The notes beneath the pieces were generated by a model. The model made no database searches. It worked only from the letters and a program-made list of their open reading frames with translations, and was not told the origin of the DNA. A stretch of DNA of 64,000 nt from positions 261,640,001 to 261,704,000 of the forward strand of contig OZ024740.1 of NCBI GenBank assembly GCA_964016885.1, read 5' to 3'. Below are positions 54,310 to 64,000 of this stretch, one piece after another. The stretch is from Eledone cirrhosa. Lineage: Eukaryota. The translations under genes were made by a program, and so were the position numbers. Positions within the stretch are counted from its first letter, which is position 1. Every line of letters begins with the position of its first letter.

Positions 54310-54655
54310 GGTGCAGACATAACTCTGTGGTTAAGGAATTCGGTTTGCAGCCATTCGGTTTGCTTGGCACTTTAGAAAAGTGTCCTTTACTCGGGTTGAG
54401 CAATGCCTTATGAGTGAAGTTTGGTAGACGGAAACTATGCGGAAGTCCTGTATACTCACACACGCACATATACGTGCACATGTCTGTGTTTACATTTCCT
54501 GTTTGTTTACGTCTTGTAACTTAGCGATCTATAAAAACGGGATAGATAAAATTGGGCGGCCGTCGATATGATTGACTAAATCCCTTCAAAACTGTACCAC
54601 CAGCATGGCTGCACTCGAATGACTGGCATTAATAAAAGAATAAAAGAATACAAGA
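54310..54655 (+). mobile_element. Old tRNA-type SINE (second family)
   Basis: tRNA-like head; tttggtagacggaaact and ccagcatggctgca blocks; (AAAAGAAT) tail. Confidence 0.6.
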
Positions 54656-54677
54656 CTAAAATAATAATTGGATAGAG

Positions 54678-54830
54678 GTAGTGAATTGGCAGAGACGTCA
54701 GAACGTCGAATAGAATGCTTTGTGGTATTCGTTTCGGCTCTCTGTTTTCTGAGTTCAATCCCGCCGAAGTCAACTTTTCCTTTCATCCATTCGAGGTCGA
54801 TAAAAAAGTATCAGTTTAGTATTAGGGGCA
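54678..54830 (+). mobile_element. Old SINE copy related to family A
   Basis: gagttcaatcccgccgaagtcaacttttcctttcatcc. Confidence 0.75.
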
Positions 54831-55670
54831 ATTCTTCTTCTATATCTCTCACTCATTTCAATTCTCTCACTCTTTCTATCCTTCTCTGGAGGAAATCTGC
54901 TGTATTTAGACCGGGAGAGGAGATGTGCTCCGCTAGATTTAAAAAGAGAATGCCCTAGAAACACCGTATGTCAATACGGCGCCCCTATGGCACCCCCAGG
55001 AGTTACAGGATAAAGAGAAGAGAGAAGAATAATTGGATATGGAAAGCTGCCAAGTGAGATGTGACACTATCATTACTGATTACATAGAAGTGTAGAAGTG
55101 TGAATATTAATTCTCAAAACAAAAGTATAGTGAAATAAGTTTTCTTTATCTTTTTATTCATGACCATAACTACATACTAATAGAATATCTTAAATTGACT
55201 ACTTAGAGCCGCGATTGCCCCCCCCCCCCCCACACACACCAAAATGAAATTAACAGAAATAAAGAAAGAAATTTAACAGAAATAAATTCCGATCGAATTG
55301 GTTTCAGGTAATAGATTATTTCTTTTAGTTCACAAATATAACAGTAATGTGCACATTAAAATTATAATGGAAAATCAAGTTCGGTATAATGTTTGAGTGT
55401 ATACTGTATGTTTGTGTTATCGAAAATATACGACTTACATGCTGGTATTAGTAGAATTATCTATGTATACTACTAACATTAAGAAGCACACTCAGTGAAA
55501 TTACATCTAACACACCGTGAAAGAACGACGAGATGAAAAAAGGTCAAAGAAATGTCACAGATCTTAAAAAATAATGTATAGATTGTTTTTAGTAGATGGC
55601 GTAGAGAAAATTGAACAACAAAAATACTTACTATACAGATGAGTAGATAGACAGAAAGAACAATATAGTT

Positions 55671-55727
<57 letters not shown>

Positions 55728-56029
55728 TGTGTGTGTGTGTAGACGACAATCATTTACATTTAAGCACATACTAAAACAACGGAAACGAGCAGACGATATT
55801 CATGAAAATTTATGACAGACGACAGAAAAACTGAAAACATGCCGCAGTTAAAAATGGCCAATTGAAAGTAAAACAATTGTGAGAAGAATAACATAACTGA
55901 ACTGTCTTCAATCCAAAGGCCGCAAGATCTTTAGTATCTGTAAAATATTTCCTTCCTTTTTTGTTCTCTCTCGCTTAAAAAAAGAAATATCATTATATAT
56001 ATATATTTATATATATATAATGATTTTTT

Positions 56030-56129
<100 letters not shown>

Positions 56130-56797
56130 CAAAATATTAATAAATGAAAAAATATTCTCATAACCAAAATATATATTTTATTATACATATTTCAAAGGTA
56201 CAATGGTGTTTCAGTACGTTTTCAACAGATAAAATATATGAGAGATTGGATATGTGACATACCACTAAGGTTTTGATTATTCTATTCCTGTAGTGGTAGT
56301 AATTAATTTCACCATCCCTCAACATTTTTATACCACAAATAATATGACAAACTTAGAGAAGAAGAGGATGTAAAGCAAGGTAGAAATATAGAAGGGGAGT
56401 TGAAAAGGAAGATGGGAAGAAAAAAAAAGAAAAAGAAAAGAAGGGAAATAAAGAAAAGAAGAAAAGTTATTTTGAATAATATTAAATACTCCAGATAAAT
56501 ATTTGTCGAGTGCTTCTAATCTATTGTAAAATTGAATTCGTTGAATAATCAACGAACCATATAAACTTTTGGTTTATATATATATATATATATATATATA
56601 AGTAACTCTGTAGGTGTTTCAGCTCCTTCCACCGGGACACCAGTGCTACTCGGTGCCACCCACCTATGTAGGCGACGAAGCTCGTGTATAACAACAGCAC
56701 AATCTTTGGTGAGTCTGATGTAAATCCGTTCATTAGAACACCATGAAATTTGAAGGGTCTGGTGATATGACTCCGAGCTAGACGTCTCCATCTACCT

Positions 56798-56860
<63 letters not shown>

Positions 56861-56896
56861 CACACACACACACACACACCCACCCATATATATATA

Positions 56897-57797
56897 TCTA
56901 TATATATACACTGAGGTTGTCTTGTCTGTCTGTCTACTAAAACGGTCGGCACGCATCTCCTCCTAAACCGTACGTTCAAATTTCGCTGAAATTGCTACAC
57001 TTATAGATGAAGGTCCGGCGGAGACATCGGTCAAAAAAATTTTCAAATCAACCCAGGTCAAGTGCAAAAATTGATTTGTAATGTATTGATTTTTCAGTTC
57101 AAATGTATAAATAGAGATGAGAGACGAGTTATTTCCATTTTATGGCGTCATTCAGCTCATCTATTTACGTTACAGATAAACGACGCGTGAAAAAGTACAA
57201 ACATACACGAACAACTTTCGGGCAAGCAAAATTTAACCTGCAAAATTCATGAGTTCGAAATTTCAATATTAAGCTTCCATTTTGCTTCATTTCCATTAAA
57301 AAGTCTTTTAAAACAATATTTGAATACACCGTAAAACAAGCAAATATTTTGTAAAAAAAGCATTGATCTCGAATAAAGCCTTATGAGATTTTCATTTAGA
57401 AGCAATGAAGCAATGATTTTAAACGACAGACTGATAGCGCATCCTTTTTTTGTTTTTCATGTCCAGCCAATTTTTTTATTTCAAAATAACTGATAGTTTG
57501 GTTACGCTGATGTTTTTCTCTGAGACAAGTGGTGCAGTGTTTACATTTTCGATTTTTTAAAATAGATTACCATTGCAGTTTTTATCCCCAGCATCCTCTT
57601 TTGTTTTAATATTCGGGTTATAGTTATGTTTTCTTAACTTCATAAGGCATACTGTTGGTTGAAGGAATATTAATCAAAAGTACCATATGAAAGTCTACAC
57701 TGTAGACTCTACAGTTTTTAAGCCAAGAAAGGAACTTAACCTTGTAACTTTAACACAGCTACTGAGCAGCCCCGAGGAACGCCGGGCTTTACTGCTA

Positions 57798-57798
<1 letters not shown>
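56897..57798 (+). mobile_element. Non-autonomous Helitron, about 900 bp
   Basis: A|TCTATATA start and (TGTC)n tract; 3' hairpin cccgaggaacgccggg plus CTAG|T. Confidence 0.85.
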
Positions 57799-57874
<76 letters not shown>

Positions 57875-58322
57875 CATACATTGAGGTGGATGGTGACGGA
57901 CAAGTAATGATAATAATATTTTTGCTTTACGAAGCAAGGAATCCATTTATATTCAATTGTAAATATTTCCTTATGTTTATCGAAGAAAGAAGTCATCCAT
58001 TTTGTTTTGTTTTTCCATTCAATAGAGAAAGAGAGAGAGGGCGAGAGTATCAAAGAGTGAGAAAGAAATGCATAAGAAATAGAGAGAGTGAGGGGGATGG
58101 AGGAAAGAAAGAGAAATAAATAAGAGAGAATGGGGAGGATGGGGAGAAAGAAAGAAAAAGTGATAGCAGCGTTCTATAAATCTATAAATTGGGGATGGGA
58201 AGCTAAACAAACAGGCATAATTTTGGTCTTTTATTCTTTACTCACATTTTAACTCTCACCTTTCCTCTGTCACAAAAATGGTAATGGGGCCGTATTTATG
58301 TTAGAGATATTAAGTTAGAGAT

Positions 58323-58411
<89 letters not shown>

Positions 58412-58579
58412 ATACATTAACAGAGAAAGCTTTAAGCGATACTCTGACCAACTCCATCTCACTCAACAAACATTTGGCTATACCTAAGTATAATCCCAAT
58501 TAAGTGTTTGGGGTGCTAACTTTATAGTATTTCGTGGAAAGTTGGTTGTACTATTTTATATGAGACATAATTAAATAAA

Positions 58580-58611
<32 letters not shown>

Positions 58612-58616
58612 ATTTT

Positions 58617-59719
58617 TATAACTGAACAAAAAAGAAAAACGAACACCGACATATACATATATGTGTTCAAATCGTAATGGACCAGAATCGCTAAGGTGAA
58701 ACAAATACTAACGACAGACAATAGGGTTTGCCAGACTCAATTTAAGAATAAATCAAGAAAAATAAATACAAACCATAATTGTGGTAACAACCGAACACCC
58801 GGACAGTTTTGATAAAACTGTTTCGCAATATTATTTGTGAAAAGGAGTACCAAAGTCCTAAGCTCATCAGCGGGTGAAGAAATTAGTATCCTGATCACTT
58901 CTAAATCTAATAAGAAACTGGATAATGTGTGTATATGTAACGCACATGGTTCCCGAACTTAGCGTGTCTCGCACACTCACGATACTAAAACTAGCAGCCG
59001 AGTTTACTCGACATTTGAATTAGCTCGACGAATTAACGGAGCCGAATTCTGGTCCATTACGATTTGAACACATATATGTATATGTCTGTGTTCGTTTTTT
59101 CTTTTTTGTTCAGTTATAATATACGGCTCGGAAAAACCTCTTTCTTAGAGCTAATTTACTGTAATGAGACTATTTTGAGTTTCTAACTCAATACATGCCT
59201 TTGATATATTCGGCTCCATTAATTCGTCGAGCTAATTCAAATGTCGAGTAAACTCGGCTGCTAGTTTTAGTGGCGTGAGTGTGCGAGACACGCTAAGTTC
59301 GGGAACCATGTGCGTTACATATACACACATTATCCAGTTTCTTATTAGATTTAGAAGTGATCAGGATACTAATTTCTTCCCCCGCTGATAAGCTAGGATT
59401 TTGGTACTCCTTTTCACAAATAATATTGCGAAAAGTTTTATCAAAACTGTCCGGGTGTTCGGTTGTTACCACAATTATGGTTTGTATTTATTTTTCTTGA
59501 TTTATTCTTAAATTGAATCTGGCAAACCCTATTGTCTGCAGTTAGTATTTTTTTCACCTTAGCGATTCTGGTCCATTACGATTTGAACACATATATGTAT
59601 ATGTCGGTGTTCGTTTTTCTTTTTTGTTCAGTTATAAAATACGGCTCGGAAAAACCTCTTTCTTAGAGCTAATTTACTGGAACGAGACTATTTTGAGTTT
59701 CTAACTCAATACATGCCTT

Positions 59720-59725
<6 letters not shown>
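58617..59725. repeat. Inverted plus tandem repeat (period about 519 bp), PLE pseudo-LTR-like
   Basis: 58617-59047 is the reverse complement of about 59208-59636; 59046-59207 repeats directly at 59565-59725. Confidence 0.9.
58796..58876 (-). ncRNA. Type I hammerhead ribozyme motif with intact core (mutated copy at 59379-59457, +)
   Basis: Reverse complement reads cacccg CTGATGA gc...gc GAAA cagtttt-atc-aaaactg TC cgggtg. Confidence 0.85.
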
Positions 59726-59758
<33 letters not shown>

Positions 59759-59769
59759 TATAAATTATC

Positions 59770-60178
59770 GAGAATCGTATTTCGGCCCACGAAATAACGA
59801 AAAACAACCTCCGAGATGTGTGGCAAGTGCTCAATGATTCAGATGAACCAGAGCTATAACAAACGTTAAAGGCCAAACACACTGAGATGATGGTTAAACA
59901 ATCATTTGCATAGCCCCAAAAAACGATCAAGTAATTCCAGTCAAACAAATAAAAAATATCTGTGATTGAAAATTCACCCGGACCCCTGGAAGGTTGGTAA
60001 ATCCAGTATTTGGGTTTCTGCGGCTCCTAAATCAAGTACTGTCCGCTTACATAAATAATGTTAGGCTTCTGGTAAGATGATTGAACAAGGAAGCCACTTT
60101 CTCAACAGGTTTTAGTTGAATGTTAATACAAGGACTGACTATTGCTGACCCCGCGTGGGGATCGGCAAGGGAGGCAAC

Positions 60179-60180
<2 letters not shown>
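59770..60180 (+). repeat. Second copy of the unclassified about 400-bp repeat
   Basis: Reverse complement of 18650-19055. Confidence 0.85.
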
Positions 60181-60263
<83 letters not shown>

Positions 60264-60349
60264 CGTGTGTGCGTGCGCGTGTGTGTGTGTCTGTGTGTCT
60301 GTGTGCGTGTATGTGAGTGTGTGTCGGCGTTCTTCAATTTTTTCTTTCT

Positions 60350-62798
60350 CTCTCTAATGTTAACGTATGCAGACGATATATAAATTTTATTACAATCAAA
60401 CCCTGATTGGGATTCCTGCGAAGGAATCAAAACAAGTTGAGGGAAGAGAACGACAACCACCTTAGAGATGCCACCTATTCTGATGGGAATACAACAATTA
60501 TGGACCAGCCATTCATACTGCCATCAAGCTTCAGGGAGGACCACGTTACATGTATAAACGTACGCAAGATACAATGGCCTATGTTGAAAAATTTGGTCGG
60601 TCGGACCCCTTCATTACATTTAACTCAAACTGGACAGAAATATCAAATGGATTATTTCAAAATCAAAACTCGAAGGATCGACATGTCTTGATTGCTCGCG
60701 TGTCCCATGAAAAGAAAAAAAAACAAATCTTCTGGCTCCTAAAAGAAAGAAGAATCTTTGGTGAGCTTAGTGCCTGGATGATCACTATAGAATGGCAAAA
60801 GGGAGGTCGTCCTCACTTTCACACACTAATCTAATGCAAGGAGAAGATAAGACCAGATGATGATGTTAAGATCATTTCAGCAAAGTTGCCTGATAAAGAT
60901 GGTGATCCAGAACTCTTTGAATCCATCAAGTCCAAACTCATCAATGGTCCATGTGGAGTCATCAATCCAGTCTCTCCCTACATGAAAGATTAATAATGCA
61001 GCAAGCATTATCCTGGAGCTTTTATTCAGGAAACTCGGACTGACAATGTTGGATAGCCTCTTTATTGTAGGCGTAGACCAGAACATGGAAGCAATACTGG
61101 AAACCTAACAGTTCGAGAAGAGGAGCTGACCATAGACAATCTATGGGTAGTCCCACACAACGAACTATTGTGTAAATTTCTAAAACCCATAACAATGTTG
61201 AGTATTGCGTGTCTGTCAAAGCAATAGTATATGTCACGAAATATATCAACAAAGACAGTGACATGGCTACCTTTGTTAATTAAAATGAATGCAATGATAG
61301 TGGGCTGGGTGAATCAAACAGTATCAGACAAGTCGATATATCTCCAGCAGATGTATCTTTGGATTTGATATCCACCAACGCCACACACCAGTGGTCAACA
61401 TATCAGTCCGCCTGGAAAATGGATAGAGAGTGTGCTTCAACCAGCTCATCAGTTGGTACAAGCACAACCTAACACTACTCTAACTGCTTTTTTTAAAACT
61501 GCCAAAATGATGAATTTGCGCGATCTCTCCTGTATGCTGATATTCCAAAATACTACACCTGGACGAATTGTAAGACCTGAAATCGAAGGAAGCGGAGGGG
61601 GGGGGGGGGGTATTTAGTGGAAGGTCATGAAGTCAAGGAAAGTGATGCTATTGGGCATGTTTACAATGACCACCCCAACAACAGAGAGTGCTTTTGTTTA
61701 CGGCTACTTCTGCATACTGTTCGAGGACCAACGTCATTTGAAGATTTCAGTTACTTCAGAGGAAAGGTATGCGCAACATACCAATAATCATGTAAACAGA
61801 ATGGACTCCTGAATGACAATGGACATTAGAAGAAGAGCCTAGAGGACGCAGCAGTCACTCGAATAACCAGTAAAATAAGACAGTTGTTTGTTATCATGCT
61901 CACAGCATGTGCAATGGATGAAGCTCATCTACTCTGGCAGAAGTACAAACACAATATGTCGGACGACTATCTACACCTAGCATGAAGACATCAATTAAGC
62001 TCTCTGCAACCTGTCCCATCAATTTCAGGCAATAACGAATACATTAGCTAACTACGGGATGCTAGAGCCAGAAATGGAGGTAGCACAAGAAGTTTTTCAG
62101 GAGACAAACTACGATATTCAAACATTGCGTAAGTTTGTGGATGAAAATGAACCTCGATTGGTGGATGACCAGAAATACGCCTACCACATAATGGAAAACA
62201 TTCAAAGTGACATGGGTAGACTTTTCTTCATCGATGTTTCTGCTGACACAGGTAAGACATTCTGCGACCTGATACTGAAGCTTGGAGCATGGGCTATGCT
62301 ACTTCATAATCTAGATCTTCCCAAACTTTGCCATGGCAAAAGGCTCATCACCAAAAATATGATGCCCAATGTCCTAGAATACTGGTGATAATTGTTTTAG
62401 TCCCAGAATACCACTGAAGTCAAATGATTTACCATTTGAATTTCAATTTCCTATCAGACTCGGTTTGGTTATGACCATCAATAAATCTCGAGGGCAATCA
62501 TTGAAAGTCTTTTGGTTGAACCTGGCAGATCCTGTCTTTTCACATGGTCAGCTCTATGTTGGTATTAAATGGGTTGGAAACCCTGATTGTCCTTTCATTG
62601 TAGCATCACAGGGCAAAGCAAAGAATGTTGTTTATCCAGATGCTTTGAAATGAGCAATGTCGTAACGACTACTTCAATGACAAACACACAGATTGTAATT
62701 CCTTTGTCATATAGTTTATAAGGAATTCTGAAGTCCCAACCTGACTTCATAGTGTTACTTTGGGAGAATATACAGGCAATACTGGGAAGCTCTGCTAG
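60350..62798 (+). mobile_element. Helitron Rep/helicase remnant with probable 3' end
   Basis: ILPSSF, QDTMAYV...DPFITF, IEWQKGGRPHFHTLI (HUH motif), YVTKYINK, MLLHNLD, MTINKSRGQSL, FSHGQLYV; decayed hairpin plus CTAG at 62795-62798. Confidence 0.9.
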
Positions 62799-62884
62799 AT
62801 AAAGTAGTATAAGTGTGATATCTGTGTAGTAGTTAGCAAGACATGTTACAAATAGCAGCCAAATTTCTTTCAAATCTCACCCTG

Positions 62885-62916
<32 letters not shown>

Positions 62917-63004
62917 CAATTTTTTTTTCTCCCTTACCTCCCCTTATATTTTTACCTCCTCTTAGCCCCCCCCCCATATATTCTTTTTGTTTTGCCCTTC
63001 ACAT

Positions 63005-63109
63005 ACCTATGTGTATGTGTATGTATTTTTGTGTGTATATATATGTGTGTATATATGTATATATGTACGTATATGTTTGTGTGTGTATATATATATATAT
63101 GTATATATG

Positions 63110-63163
<54 letters not shown>

Positions 63164-63436
63164 CGTGTCTGTATGTGTGTATATAATTGTATATTTGTGT
63201 GTGTATTTGTATGTATATGTGGATAAACCAGGCTTTTTTCATTCTGAAGATTGAAGGAAACTTTTTTTGCTTTTAAGAAACCTCTGGTGAATGGATTAAT
63301 TGCCTTGTATGGCTTTATTACTTTACTACTATATATACGTTTATGTAAGGTTCATTTGTCTTATTAATACTGAGCTTTACACATACACACATGTATATGT
63401 GTGTGTGTATGTGTATGCATGTGTGTATGTATGCGT

Positions 63437-63482
<46 letters not shown>

Positions 63483-63736
63483 ATGTATATATGTATATAT
63501 GTATATGTATGTATGTGTATATGTATGTGTATGTATGTATATGTGTGCGTGTGTATTTATTTATTTTTATGTATGTGTGGGTGTGTGTGTGTGTGTGTAT
63601 GTGTGTGTGTTTGTATTTGGTTGTGCGTTCTTTTGATATATACGTATTTGCATGTGTATAATTGTTTAGCTATGTATGTATATGTGTGTTTACGTATTTA
63701 TATGTGTGTGTGCGTTTATATATTTTTATATTCTTG

Positions 63737-63815
<79 letters not shown>

Positions 63816-63960
63816 ATATAATTACATATACACATGTGTGTTTATATTATATACGTGTACGTGTTTGTGTATGCATGTGTATGTACGTGTTTATGTATTT
63901 GTATATGTATATTTATGTGTGAGAGTGTGTGTATGTGTTTACTATTTCGTACGTATGTAT
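63005..63960. repeat. (TG/TA)n low-complexity tracts
   Basis: Direct inspection. Confidence 0.9.
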
Positions 63961-64000
63961 ATGTCCTTTTGTGTGTATTACTTACCACGCGTGTCTGTCC

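Overview
Eukaryotic, repeat-saturated DNA. The (AT)n/(CA)n/(ATT)n microsatellites, tRNA-type SINEs and LINE content suggest an octopod cephalopod; this is an inference. Only one host-gene segment is recognisable: a 244-codon ASPHD2-like exon (10978-11710, +), which sits between the two halves of one SINE. The rest is decayed mobile DNA: five Tx1/L1-clade LINE copies plus an ORF1 fragment, two R4/Dong-like LINEs, a CRE-clade LINE, RTE fragments, Penelope-like elements (PLEs), one coding and three non-autonomous Helitrons, and SINEs. The strongest hidden signal is that most long inverted or tandem repeats here carry a type I hammerhead ribozyme motif (stem I-CUGANGA-stem II-GAAA-stem III-NUH-stem I') in each arm. 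These come from several unrelated families and include a 312-bp tandem unit with retrozyme-like architecture. Nearly all ORFs made of IYIY/HTHT/CVCV are microsatellite artefacts. All alignments and folds were done by eye, and element boundaries are approximate.
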